This document shows, piece after piece, positions 1 to 12,923 of a stretch of DNA of 64,000 nucleotides. Each line of letters starts with the position of its first letter. Positions within the stretch are counted from its first letter, which is position 1. The translations under genes and the position numbers were made by a program. The stretch lies in NCBI GenBank assembly GCA_044892525.1, contig CM097885.1:11720001-11784000 (forward strand), in the 5' to 3' direction. Below the pieces are notes generated by a model. That model was not told the DNA's origin. It saw only the letters and a program-made list of their open reading frames with translations, and made no database searches. Origin of the DNA: Schmidtea polychroa. Taxonomy: Eukaryota.

Positions 1-809
1 TCTAGTTAATCTTTTAGCGTTATCATAACTCCTTTTCGAGGACACAGAATGACTAGGAGAAATGAAAAAATGCGTATTACCTTAATAATCTAGAGATCTC
101 ATTGGTCACATTTATGTGTGGTATAAAATTCATTAAACTCTCCAGTAACATACGAACGGAAGCAAAAGATTTTAGCCAAGGAAAGAAATGGGTTTTGAGT
201 TTATATCATTTTGATGCCTAAATATTTTACGGTGGATTTAGTAAGTTCCATTTGTGCTTTCTTAAATTTAGTTAGACTTAAGTAACTAAGGTTCTGAAAT
301 GGGTTACTTCAATAATTTTAAATTTATTGAAATATTTAAATACCTTATCAATAACAAAAATATTGACTTGCCCCACTTTTAAAATAAACGGCTTAAACGT
401 TAGTTACTTGAAATATTTCTTCATTTTTTTCTATAATTTTTAATTTCTCATTGAATTCTATTTCTAAGTAGAAATCAACATAGAAAATTAAAAATTTAAT
501 TATAAGATGGAAAATTATTCTTGGCAAAACATCTAAAGAAGCCTTGAATTTGACAACTGCCTTTTATTCAATTGATTTCATAATATAATGTGAAAACACA
601 TAAAAAACATCTTTGTGAATTTATTTAAAAATCAGTGCTAAAGGTTTTCATGATAAAATCAAATAATATTTGAAATATTTTATTAATTAATTTTAAATTT
701 TAGGTATATTAATTAGATTCATTTTATTTAATCATATTCATTTAATTATATGAATTATATCTAAATTTTTAACTTTTGTTTTTATTGATTTATAGATTTA
801 TTAACTACA

Positions 810-1218
810 GAGAAAAGAAATTAAAAATATACGGAAAGTGAAAATCCGAGCAAATCGGCATTTTGCCTCAGCTAGGGTAAGAAGAAACCGAGTTAAGAAT
901 AGGTAAAACGAATTAAGGAAATTAGGGAAAAAGAAGAGATAGAATAAGAATAAAAAGTGAGAAAAGGATCAAATCAAACAGAAAAAAAAGAAAACGTTGG
1001 TCAAGAGCACCTAAGAGAATAAAAGGTGAATATTATCTTTATCAAAGCATCAACACCGAGCGGAGAATCGGTCAAACGTAACTTTGATTATTAATTGTAA
1101 AGTGGTGAGAAAAGAGTGTAAATTTTGTTATTTCAATATACGTTGGGTCGTTATTGTTTTGATTTAAAGGACACGAGGAGTCAGAGGTAACCGACTTAAA
1201 TTAACCAAAAACCCAACA
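810..1218 (+). mobile_element. 3' part of an LTR (family related to LTRs at 36066 and 42542)
   Basis: Ends ...AACCCAACA like the solo LTR at 36984; shares GGAGTCAGAG and AAATCGGCATTTTGCC.AGCTA with the other LTRs; 5' boundary not resolved. Confidence 0.5.
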
Positions 1219-4030
1219 TATAATCTAAATAAAAATCAATAAATTTATAGTATAGGAACACACAAACTTACCTGTGTGTAGAAATTTATTGTTCCGAAAT
1301 TTAAAAACTTTTTTATAGAAATTGAGAAGATGACAGAAAAATAATTGACCATACCAACACAAAACACAATGAAAAATGCATGCAAATTTATTATAGCGTT
1401 TTTTGTTCCGAAATTAATAACCATTAACATATTGTTAACATATTATTAAAATATAATTATTTTAAAATTATTAAAAAATTATGCAGGAAAATATTTTTAA
1501 TTTAGAATCGGACAGCTCTACCTTGAGCTTCACAGAAAAAGAAGAAAATATGTAAAGTTTAATTATAAAATAATTTAGAATATAAACTTTTTTTAGATTT
1601 ACAGATATTTCTCAGGATACACTGCCTTTTCGCGAAGGTAAAAATCTGACAATGTTATTTTTAGAAATTGAATAAATGAAGTTATAAACTTCATTTTTAT
1701 GTAAATTGTGAGTCACCTCAACTGGTGTGCACACCAGTGTGAATTATAGAGGTTACTAAATTTCGGAATTGGGTGTACCCAGTTGTTAATTATTAAATGA
1801 AATTGTTTGGTATGTGTTGGAGAATTTATATCTGAGTAGGTGGAGGAATCTAGACCACTCTTACATGTACGATGTCGATAAGACCGTCCAATGACTTAGT
1901 ACAAATTCATACATACAAATTCAGCAGACTATTTTCAAAAATTAATATTGATAAAAATTTTTATTCTGAAATTTTTTCCAATCTTTAATAAACTCATCGG
2001 CCTTTTCTTATTATATTCCAAAAAGTTGTATTTTTAATAATTGATTGCTTTTTTGAATTTTTCATACTTTGAATTTTTTATATTTATAATATTTAAATTC
2101 TGTCATAACTATGTCATAATAACAATATATAACAATTATAATATACTATTTACAATAATAAGTAACAAAATTAGTAGATTAATTATAAAATAGAAACAGT
2201 AGCGATTGTAAACTAAGTCGTAGAATTGAATATTGACACTTGAACGTTTCACTAAAGCTCAACAAAGACAAATATTGTGTGCAAATAGTAAGTTAAAAGT
2301 TATATTGTGCGTTATATTTACATTTTTCTAAAAGTTTTTTAAATATTTGTAGTCTTTGTGTTAATAGTATTCGTATTAAAATTAAGATTTCAGATAATTT
2401 ATGATTAATTTTTGAAAATGGTAAGATTTATTAAATTTTCATTTAAATACATTTTTGAAGCTATTCTTAAATTTTTTCAATTTTAAATAAGTTTGGCAAA
2501 CTTTTTATCGTGTGATTGCAGTAATTTCCTTCTTGTTCGTTACTTCGATCAATTTGTTTTTTATTTCTGAGCATTTAAAAATAATTACCTTTGAATTTAA
2601 TATTTCAATTATAAATTATGTTTTCGATAATTTTCTCCTATATTTCTCATAATTTCTAGTGATCTTTCATCATTTCATCTTTTTAATAAAGTTTTCTTTG
2701 ACTTCGATTATTTTGACCATTAACTTCTGCATTATCTTCCTTATTCATATAAAATTAGGATTTAGTTCTTTCAAACGTTATTGAATTTCATGTGATATTT
2801 TAATAATTTCAATAAATATTTGTTGCTGTTAGAATATTAGCTGTAGAGGAATGTGGTTAAATTACTAACGCCTCACACAATACATCTCCCAAATGATTAC
2901 ACAAAGTTTTATACACAATTTGTAAAAGTATTTAAATTTGTCTTTTTACACTTTCTTCTATACACAATAATATTACTCAAATCCTTCAATTTTGTTATGT
3001 TGCTGAACTCGTGTGCAGAGTCAACAGGGAGTGTTTTCTATGTATGTGACATTGCATCCATTACATGTAAATTTATTTGCTTAGTAAAAGAAAATATTGA
3101 AAGAAAAGAATCTGTTGATTATCGAATAATTTAAAAAAATATTTAATGACTGTCAGTTGGCATAAGCTTATTGCCAAAATAAATAATGTCAATTGTCTGT
3201 TGTAAACTCTTGCTACAAAGTGGTAGGAAACTTGAATATATTTAGAATAAACTTACTATCGTTCAGATTTCAATTTTGTTCCTAACTTAAATATGAAAAT
3301 GATGACTATTTTTGAACAATACAATTTTAATAACGGATACAACCTATTCTTTTAGTAGAGTAATTAACAATTTATAGGAACTAGGGATATTGTGATGTCA
3401 AGTAAGGAATTAAGTGTTCATTGAGTGGTAGTTAAGGGCCGTCTCGTAAACAAATTGTGTAAATATACGTTAATAAATTGAGCGTGTCAGATATGAAAAT
3501 AAATTGTACATTTAGGTAAAGATTTCTATTAGATATTTTCTAGATTTTATATTATGTAACTTCTTTTTTAACTAATCCTAGAAATTTTAAAAATAGCACT
3601 AGATTAAATTTTATCCAAAAACGCCTTTTATCATGAACCTTTACCATGTAGGATTAGGAAATGGTACTGTTCAAAAGATTTTTATTTGAATCAAGCAGTG
3701 AATACTGGTACTTTTATTATAAAATATATTAATTTTATTTCATACTCATAAATAACAATAAAAATAAATAGTAATAATAGCAATAATAAAATTATTATTT
3801 CTTGGTAACATCATAAATTAAATATTAAAGATAATCCCTTTCTAATAATCGATTTTGTTTTCATTTAATACAATATTTGCAGAAAAAGACTTATCTTATA
3901 ATTTTTAGAGCTCTGTTTCATTAGGAAACACTTTAGTAATTAGTGTGTAGATAGAAAATAGTCATTTTTAGAAAATAGATAAAAATAGTAATAAAAAATT
4001 ACTTTTTTAAAATTATATGAATATATAGTA

Positions 4031-4250
4031 ATTAAAATTGTATTTATTAAAAAATTGATTATGAATCAGTAATGATATCGATGTTTTTTTTATATTCACG
4101 AATTTTCGACAGTCTTTTTCAAGTGAGTTTAATAAATCTTCATCAAACTCACTTGGCAAAAAGGCTGTGTCGAAAATTTGTGAATATCAAAAAAAAACAT
4201 CGATATCTTTATTGATTCATAGTCAATTTTTTAATAAATACAATTTTAAT
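4031..4250. mobile_element. Foldback/MITE-like palindrome
   Basis: ~100-bp arms are near-perfect reverse complements; shorter relatives at ~4868-4995 and ~6006-6135. Confidence 0.7.
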
Positions 4251-6164
4251 AAATACAATGCCAGTTGATATGAAATCAGAGGTGAAATTGAAAAGATTCT
4301 TTTAATAATATAATAATTAGAAATTACTATTTTTAAATACCAAAATTGAAATGTAAAAACTTAAATACAGGCAACAAAATCAACAAGAGGAGACAACTAG
4401 TAGAAAGACAAAATAATTGATAATTTTATCGACTTGATTTGCACTGCAGTGAAATTTTGTTAACTTTCATTTACGTCCATTTTGCATTTTTTCTATTTTA
4501 GTGGGCTATTAGTATAGTTTTTTCATTTTTATTTAAGCTCTCGCAAATTTATTATTAGGACGAAGTCAAAGTAATAACCAATTTTGGTTATTACTATGCG
4601 CTAAAATATTTTGAATCAACCGGCAAATCTTTTTCCTTTCACCTATATAAGGCTGTTGGTGCTATTTAGGGCCACCTTTGATTGTTATAAATATCTTCAG
4701 GGTTGGTTTGTTAATATTAAATCTTTACTACCACATCTTGTTATTTATTTATTATCTATCTAATATTACATACCCTTCACAAACAGTATATATTACCTTT
4801 TGGAGTCAAGTAAGTAAAATAAATTAGTAAACACAATGATATATGGTTTTCATTATAAGAACTTATTGTTTCAAATCTCATCACTGATTTCTTTTCCATT
4901 GTATGTATTAAAAATGCTTGAAGACTATGAATCAGTAAATATATCAAAAACATCGATATATTTACTGATTGATGGTCAAGCTTTATTAATAAATATGGTT
5001 TTTTACTTTAAATGTTACTTTTATCATTTTTATAACACGTCTATCGAAATTACTATTCCTCTTTTAAAAATGTCTTTTGGCTTGGTTGCAAAGATGTAAG
5101 TCAGAATAAGACATACCATTTATATTGCTTTCAATGGCGTAATCGAGAAAGGGAATAATTTTAGTTCAAGAGATTTTTTGATACAAATTAATTATACGCA
5201 TGCATACTTATTTCTTAATATTGCACACACAAACATTTTCACGTCATTCATAATATATCGATGTCATAGTGACCTAGTTAGATAACCAATTTTTAATAAA
5301 TATTATTATCTCACTCTACAAAGAAAAATGTTTTAACTTTTGAGATGACATAAATAGTTTATATTTGTTTAAATATTATCTAAATAAATAGAAGAATTTT
5401 TAAAAAACTAATAATGAGTTGGTTGGTGTAGCATATATGTTACACTTATTAAATGTTAAAAGTGTTTTAATGAGATCTTTTTACTTTGTTTTCTTTGAAA
5501 TTCAAATGCATTGCAACAGTTTTTGAGTCGTTTGTTGATAATAGATTTACATTATAATAATTATAAAAAAATCCCATTATTTTTTATTGGAAGTGAAGAA
5601 ATTTCAATTAATAGTTTGATTGATGAATTTACCTGATTTTGGATAATTGCTTTAAAAACCTTTTCATTTTTATTATTAACGTTTCACTGTAAATTTCAAT
5701 TAAAATGTATGTAAATGTTTCATCTATTTTGTAATTAGGAAAATTAGGAAATTTCTAATTATATTTTAGAACCGTTTTATTGTGAGTCATTTTAAATAAT
5801 TATTTAATAAAGTCTTTTTTTTGTACTTTTATGTTTGAAAAATTACGACATCAGCTAGAATTTTTTTAAGATTGATAAAGGTGTCTGTTAATAAAAAACT
5901 AAAAATTCCTAAAAATCTGTTATATTATTATTTACAAAAATCAAACTACTAAAAATCTATCAATATTTAATAATTGTAATAATAATAAAATTTTAAAAAA
6001 TAATGTTGTATTTATTAAAAAGATTGACTATGAATCAGTAAATATATCAAAAACATCGATATATTTACTGATTCGTAGTCAAGCTTTTTATTAAATACAA
6101 TGACAATGGAAAAGAAATCAGTGGTGAAATTTGAAAAAAAAAGTTGTTATATTAAAAAATAATA

Positions 6165-6166
6165 AA

Positions 6167-6209
<43 letters not shown>

Positions 6210-6340
6210 TTGATAATAATAATAATAATTATAATAATTATAATTATAATAATAATAAATTGATGGATAGAAATTGAAGTATGCTAGATTACTGATATTA
6301 TATATGAATCAAAATAGTAATTTAATTTTGGTGGATTTTA
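6165..6340 (+). repeat. (AAT)n tract followed by a dispersed host repeat
   Basis: AAATTGATGGATAGAAATTG...CTAGATTACTGATATT recurs after the AAT tract at ~40020 and inverted at ~48161-48203. Confidence 0.7.
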
Positions 6341-7132
6341 GAGGAAAAGTTGATTAAAAATATTTACTGATGGCGGCCTCATTTGATATGAATATCCAGT
6401 AGAAATATTTATTAATCTCGTCGACTGAAGAGCTATTATAAATATATATTTCATTAAATCTTTGCGACATTTATTGCTATACAATTGGTTACTTTGTTGT
6501 ATATGCAGAATTTGAATCGGTGTTACCTTGAGATGAAAAACATTATAATTATTACACCCTTAAAGTTAAAGGAAATGATTTTGTTTAATGATATGTTGTG
6601 ATAATTTTTTGTAATTAAACTTTTAGAATGGTATCTGGCTCCATCTATCCTAGGATAAATATTAATAGGCTAAAAGAGTTTCTAATACCTCAAAGTAAAC
6701 TCAACATCCCAGAGAATTATATGATTATTTGTAGCAGCGTTCATGTTTCATAAAGGACTTCATAGATTATTTTAGAGATAATGAGGTGCCGAAGGTGAGA
6801 AGTAGGCTATATTGATCTGATTTCAATATCATTGTTCCACCCTCTTCCAATTTCCTCTTCATAATATGTTACATTTCAATAAATACTTACCTCTTCCATG
6901 TGTATTTTCATCGATATTTAGTAATTCTAGCCTCCAGTTCCCTCTTCCCAGTTCCAACGATTCCTACTCTCAGAATATTATTTTTATCAAAGTTCTTATA
7001 TTGATTAAAATGATTAAAGTTTATAATAAGTTTGACTCATTTAAATAATTTAAAGGGAACTTAATGATAAGTTGTAAGAATCATAATAAGTTATAATGAG
7101 TTTAATATTTGATTTGAGGGATCATTTAATCC

Positions 7133-7223
7133 AATTTGTATTTACACTCATCCCCCGATTTGCGCGGTAGATACGTTCTTCAGAAAGTACCGCGTAAATC
7201 GGGGGTGAGTGTATATACAAATT
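7133..7223. other. GC-rich hairpin
   Basis: AATTTGTATTTACACTCATCCCCCGATTTGCGCGGTA pairs with TACCGCGTAAATCGGGGGTGAGTGTATATACAAATT. Confidence 0.75.
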
Positions 7224-7688
7224 TATACAAACTAATAAAATTTAATTTTAAATATCTAATCTCAAAGTTAGTGTACATATATTATATGCATAAAATATAT
7301 AATTTTAAAAATAATTAAAATCCTGTAAATTTAAACAATCAATTTAATTTTTTAAAAATTTAATAAATTTATGAAAATAAATCTGAAACTAGTAAAAGGA
7401 ATTTTTTTTACCAGGAACATAAAAATAGAAATGTCGGAAAACTATTTGCAGTCGATTTTTGACAAGTTATCATTGAAAAATTATAAAACAAAATTTTAAC
7501 AACATTGTAAAAAGAAAACAAAATTAAAAAATAATTAAAATAGAAGAGAATTTTAAAAATGGAGTTGATTAATTTTTCTAAAAATAATTTCTTTAAGAAA
7601 GTACTTTTTTATAAATTGCAACTATTACAACTTTAGAATAAATATGAAATAAATAGTCTAAATTTTTTTTCATTGAAAAATTAGGAGG

Positions 7689-7853
7689 AGTTATATTAAA
7701 AATAGTATTATAAGCACAAAACCATAATAGTCCTAATTCATAATTTAAATTTTGATCTAATTTAATTGAATCTTGAAAGTTTATAGTAAAGTCTGATTCT
7801 TTTGAATTTATAGATAAAGTTCTTGAATATTTATCTGACATTATGTTTACCAT
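7689..7853 (-). pseudogene. Minor capsid protein (penton), displaced N-terminal part
   Basis: SKESDFTINFQDSIKL...YELGL...YNTIFNIT is the typical penton N-terminus; the continuation is at 14233-14780. Confidence 0.75.
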
Positions 7854-7894
7854 TTTTTTTTAATTATCTTCCGGAAGGTTGCGAAGCTCCATTT

Positions 7895-8353
7895 TCATAG
7901 TAGAGATTTTAAATCATTATAAATTTCTTGGATTAAGGAAGTGAAACCTTCTCCATTATTCAATCTATACAAAACATATAAGCTTAAAATACCACATATT
8001 TTAGTATTATTGGGTTGAACTTGTAAAGAATTAAAAGTATAGTCCTTCGAGGAACTCTTCGAGAGATAGTCTTCAACTTCTTTACTGGGTTTAATCCCAA
8101 AAGAATCAAAGTAGATTGGGACTTCGTCCATATATATACAAACCCAATGAGATCCTTTTTCATTTGAATTTTGATAATTGATTATTATATTCTTTGGAGT
8201 GACCCTTTGACCTTTGACCTTCGGACCTTTCAATTCATTATTCATTAATATTTTTATTTTTAAATTTAAATAATCTGCATAATCTTTTAAATCAAAATTT
8301 GTTTTTGCATTTATTCCAAATGTTTTTAAAAAATCTAATATTGAAGGAGTCAT
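7895..8353 (-). CDS. Adenain-like cysteine maturation protease
   Basis: GSHW, YFDSFG, Q...ICG catalytic motifs. Confidence 0.9.
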   Translation of the reverse strand: MTPSILDFLKTFGINAKTNFDLKDYADYLNLKIKILMNNELKGPKVKGQRVTPKNIIINYQNSNEKGSHWVCIYMDEVPIYFDSFGIKPSKEVEDYLSKSSSKDYTFNSLQVQPNNTKICGILSLYVLYRLNNGEGFTSLIQEIYNDLKSLL

Positions 8354-8582
8354 TTTATATACTTATTAAATTTATCTTTTGAAATTATTCCTTGTTTTAA
8401 CAAATCTTTAGAAATCTTTAAAATATCAGAATCTAAATTATTATGTCCTGCTTTTTTAGCTGCTAATAGTTTTCTTAATTCAATAAAAAGATTGATTGGG
8501 TTTGCAGCCACAGGCATCCCCTTACCCTCTGTAACAACATAACCCTTTCATTTTTATTTAAATAATTCTTTAAATCTTGAAT
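8350..8582 (-). pseudogene. Displaced 3' end of the 13558 gene
   Basis: 8521-8582 is the reverse complement of 14170-14232 (1-nt indel); the frame continues GMPVAANPINLFIELRKLLAAKKAGHNN...QGIISKDKFNKYIK*, with the stop overlapping the protease ATG. Confidence 0.8.
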
Positions 8583-8854
8583 CAATATGAATATGCGCTA
8601 TCTAGGTTTGGATTTTTGTTATTTTTTAGACTATAAATAATCGATTCAAGTTCTTTAACTCTTTCCTGTAATTGTTTCATTTTCTTCAATCTTATATCAG
8701 CAACATCTACAGCCTTCATATAAAAATGTCGATACTTTTCATTATCTACCATCAACTCTTTGATGTATTCTAATGGTTCTTCTTCTCTTCTTTTCATTCT
8801 CTTATGTTTAGCTTCATTCAATTCATTTCTCATTCTTTCTTTTAACTCATCCAT
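8582..8854 (-). CDS. Small charged coiled-coil protein, unknown function
   Basis: 90-aa ORF with AAAAATG start context like neighbouring element genes. Confidence 0.55.
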   Translation of the reverse strand: MDELKERMRNELNEAKHKRMKRREEEPLEYIKELMVDNEKYRHFYMKAVDVADIRLKKMKQLQERVKELESIIYSLKNNKNPNLDSAYSY

Positions 8855-9024
8855 TTTTATAAATATTTTTTTATTGGATATATTAATTTTTGGTAGCTTA
8901 AGTTAAAACGTTTTTGATCTTAAATTTCCAAGAGTTGCCGTTGACCAATCACCTTAAAAATTTGTACAAGTACTAAATCGAGTATGCTGATCAATATTTC
9001 GTTAAAAATAAATTTGAAAAAAAA

Positions 9025-9097
9025 TGACCGAAATGGGATTTGAACCCATTGGTATTGGCAATGCAGTCGAGTGCTATTACCACTAAGCTATTAGAGC
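9025..9097 (-). ncRNA. tRNA-like Pol III cassette 1
   Basis: A box TAGCTTAGTGG, T-arm ATGGG-TTCAAAT-CCCAT (B box), T8 run directly downstream; acceptor and anticodon stems do not pair. Confidence 0.6.
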
Positions 9098-9267
9098 TAT
9101 ACTCAATATAAAATAAGTTGTTAATGTGTGACTATTTATTGATGAAATTAATAATTAATTATTCATTTTCTCGACAACTACCACTCAGATCCATCTGAAA
9201 ATTTAAATATATACTAAAATCAGTACGCTGAATCAGATTCCGTTGAAAAAAAAATATCGAAAAAAAT

Positions 9268-9341
9268 TGACCAAAATCGAAAATTGAACCCGGTACTCCC
9301 GGTGATAAAATTGAAGCCTATTCCCACTCCGCTATAATGGC
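9268..9341 (-). ncRNA. tRNA-like Pol III cassette 2 (diverged tandem copy)
   Basis: A box TAGCGGAGTGG, degenerate B box GGGTTCAATT, T7 run; flanks resemble copy 1 at ~245-bp spacing. Confidence 0.45.
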
Positions 9342-9397
9342 TTACATAATATATTTAATTAATCCTATTTTTTGTGTGTAAATTTTAATATATAAAA

Positions 9398-10684
9398 ATG
9401 AATAATATAAAAATTCAAGAAAAAAATAAATTAAATCTTGATTATAATAAAGAATTTACTCATGAAATCAAGAAAAACGATGTACTTAAAATCTCCCCAA
9501 CTCCAGGATCTATTGCAAACTTAAATCGTAGGGGTGATATAGTTTTTCAATCTCTTCAAACATCAAACCCAATAGATATTTGTAATGCTAAATTATATTA
9601 TAAAATTGAATTAGAAATTGAAGCAAACAAAGATATAACCCTAGAAAATAATTTCTTTCCAAATTTATTCTCCAACATGAGATTAAAACTAGGATCATCA
9701 GAAATTGAATCTGTTTTACATCCAGGAGTATATTCTACAATGTTAAATTTTATTTTGACAGGTTGTGATTATAAAAACGAATATGGTTAATTAACAGGTT
9801 GGATTCCTGATGTTAATAAAGGAGATTTAGATAAAGATGGTTTAGATATAAATTATGGTTATTATAAAAGAGCTGAACTTTATAAATCTAAAAAATTTGA
9901 AGGTTATTTTGAATTAAAACACTTGTTTGGATTCCTTCAAAACTATAATCGTATACTTCATAATGTTTTTATAGAATTAGTTTGTAATAGAGTAGAAGGT
10001 GATAAAAGATTGTTCTATGGAGGTGTAGATACAAAAGCTAAATTAAAATTATCAACACTTGAATTGCATATACCTGAATGGACATTAAATCCACATTCTG
10101 AAATCAAACTCCTTGAAAGATTAAATTCCAACAAGTCTATAAATGTAAATTATTTAAATAGAATCTGTAGTGAATTTAGTATGACAGAGGGTTCAACATA
10201 TTCCATAAAGGTAGCAAATTTAGCATACCGACCAAGATATATCTTGATTGGATTCAAAGAAGTAGATTCATCTTTCCAAAAAAATAACAACTTGTTTATT
10301 CAAAAGATTGGAGTTGATAATTTAAAAACAATCCAAATTCAATTAAATAGTTCTTATTATCCAATAAATAGAATGGAATTTAATATTGAAAATAATGAAA
10401 ACATATTCCCATATCTAAATTATATTGAAACATGTTATGATTTCAAAGTTGAACCGCAATTAAGTTTAGAAGATTTCAAAAATTTATATTCTATATTTTG
10501 TATAAATGTTTCAGACCAAGATGATCGCCTAGCCATAAATAATGTTGATGTTACACTTCATATAACAAAGGATTTTAATTTTAAAGCTAAAGTATATACA
10601 TTAATATTAGAAGAAAAGAAAATAGAAATGAAATTATATGGTGGAAAGATTTCAATAATCGAAAATGTTAGGGGAGATTCTTAA
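9398..10684 (+). pseudogene. Major capsid protein (double jelly-roll type), one nonsense codon
   Basis: ORFs 9398-9790 and 9923-10684 are in frame and joined by open sequence after TAA 9788-9790; LF..MRLKLG...IE, L..LFGF, PRYILIGF, IFCINVS motifs. Confidence 0.85.
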
Positions 10685-10701
10685 TATTTTAACATTTTAA
10701 A

Positions 10702-12084
10702 ATGTCTCTCTATTGAAGATGTGAAAGTTGTAATTGTCAAGTTACAAGACATCATAAAGCAAGTCATCTAAAAACTAAAAAACATATAGGAGGCGATCTA
10801 CAATCTTCAAAAGTGACATCTTCAATATTAAAACCCTTTACTACAGAAAAATATCCAGGTGAAAGACATTTATTTAAACACAACTATACCGGACCAGGAA
10901 CAAGATTAGATATTAGATTAGATGAAAATAATAATCCCAAACAAGGAGAAGAACCAATAAATAGAATCGACCAAGCAGCTTTAAAACATGATATTGCTTA
11001 CAATTCAGAAGATCTTAGAGATAGACATGTTGCAGATGTTAATTTAATACATGATTTAAATAGTATCCAAAATCCATCAACCCAAGAAAAGATTCAAAGA
11101 GCTCTAGTTAAATTAGCAATGAAAGGTAAGATTTTCATAGGCTTAGGACACAGTCCGATCGCCATGGGTGCAAGACTTCCTAGGAAAGCAAAAGATGCTG
11201 CTAATAAAAAGATTATTGAACAAGCAGATGCTGAAAGATCCCTCGAGAATATATCCAAGACTAGTTTATTAACCCCAACAGAATCACAAATAAAATATGC
11301 CAACGAATTACACCATGAATTTAGAAAAAATAAAAAATATTTAAAAGTTCAAGTACATGAAAAAGATCAAACATGGTCTGCAGATTTAGTCTTTATGCCA
11401 ACCAAATCATCAGACCCTGAAAAATATAAAATAATTTTAACAGTAATAGATTTATATACAAGATTTGCTTTTGCAAGGTGTTTAGAAAATAAAACAGGAT
11501 ATTCTATTACAGAAGCATTTGAAAATATATTTGAAGAACATCAAAGAATTCCAAAATATTTATGGAGTGATAAAGGAACAGAATTTTATAACAAAGTTTT
11601 TACAAAGTTTTTAAATGAAAATGATATTAAATTATATTCAACAGAAAACGAAGGAAAAGCAGTCGTAGTTGAAAGATTAAATAGAACATTAAAAAATAAA
11701 ATGTGGAAATATTTTACTGCTATTGGAAAACAAAAATGGAACAATGAATTGTTACAAAAGATTGTAAATGAATATAATAATGATGTACATAGTTCTATAA
11801 AATCAACACCTTTAAATGCTTCCATAAATCCTGAAACCATTAAAGTGGTAAATATTGAAAATGATGTTATTGAAAAACCAAAGTTTAAAATTGGTGATCG
11901 AGTAAGAATATTTAAATATAAAAATAAATTTGAAAAAGGATTCACAGCAAAATGGACAAATGAAATTTTTATTATAAATAAAATACATTATACAACTCCA
12001 ATAACATATAGCATCATTGATTTAAAAAATGAAAAAATATTAGGTAGATTTTATAATAATGAGTTACAGAAAACAGATTTTTAA
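10702..12084 (+). CDS. Zn finger-phospholipase A2-rve integrase fusion (TGA at codon 5)
   Basis: In-frame upstream ATG gives CESC...HLKTKKH; PLA2 motifs NYTGPG, DQAALKHDIAY, AD..L; DDE residues in WSADL, SDKGTEF, VERLNRT. Confidence 0.9.
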
Positions 12085-12095
12085 GTCGACAAGCC

Positions 12096-12908
12096 CTAAA
12101 ACAAACTTTTCCATATTTCAGCTTCTTCTCTATCTAAATAAATATAATTATATTTTTCTTTCCAATGATTATCAACAAACATATCAAACATATTCTTATC
12201 AGGTTCAACATTTGAAAATAAATCATTATAAATCATATTCTTATCACGGCGATCTAATTTAAAAAATATAAAACAATTAGAATTATTTCTTATTGAATTT
12301 TTATCTAAAGCATAATAAGTTTGAGATATATAAATAACATTACAATTATTATGTCTTCCTCTTGTAAAGTAACTCTTTTGAATCTCTTGATTTTTCATAT
12401 TAACAACATCATCAAATATAACTAGATTCTTTTTATCTTTAGGAAGTAAATCACAATGTAAAACATCTTCAGGTTTATTAGAGAATAAAACTTGAATCGC
12501 CTCTGCCTGCCCCTCATTTTCACAGATGTAATCATTTTTATTACTAATATCTGATTCTAAAATCTTTTCCTTATACGAATCAACCATATCACAAGGTTGA
12601 AAAACTTCTTCAGGACATCTATGTTGATTTTTAATAATATCAATTATAGCTTTTTTAGTTAATTTATTTTCAAATCCACATTTCAAAAGTTGTAATTCTG
12701 GTTGATTTATGGTTGTAGAATAAAAGATTAAATTATTATAATCTAAAAAACCATCTTCAAGTAACATTTTCAAAACAAGTACATTCTTTCCACATCCAGA
12801 AGAACCAACAATTAATAATCTAAAATTATCAGGAAATACTTTATTATTAAATTTAGATTTATGTCTATTTAAAATTGGTTTCCAAATTATTGGACTTCGT
12901 ACATCCAT
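12096..12908 (-). CDS. A32/FtsK-like DNA packaging ATPase
   Basis: Walker A GSSGCGK, Walker B LVIFDD, RGRH, YISQ, IRNN; start placed at MDVRSP. Confidence 0.9.
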   Translation of the reverse strand: MDVRSPIIWKPILNRHKSKFNNKVFPDNFRLLIVGSSGCGKNVLVLKMLLEDGFLDYNNLIFYSTTINQPELQLLKCGFENKLTKKAIIDIIKNQHRCPEEVFQPCDMVDSYKEKILESDISNKNDYICENEGQAEAIQVLFSNKPEDVLHCDLLPKDKKNLVIFDDVVNMKNQEIQKSYFTRGRHNNCNVIYISQTYYALDKNSIRNNSNCFIFFKLDRRDKNMIYNDLFSNVEPDKNMFDMFVDNHWKEKYNYIYLDREEAEIWKSLF

Positions 12909-12923
12909 TTTATTTATTATAAA

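Noticed and set aside
1506..1637. Two small exon-like segments with a 45-nt intron
   Set aside because: The frame is open, but no start, end or recognisable product could be established
1245..7318. Short ORFs in the left flank
   Set aside because: Low complexity, overlap repeats, no recognisable domains
9025..9097. Functional tRNA-Cys (GCA at the anticodon position)
   Set aside because: Acceptor and anticodon stems do not pair; kept only as tRNA-like
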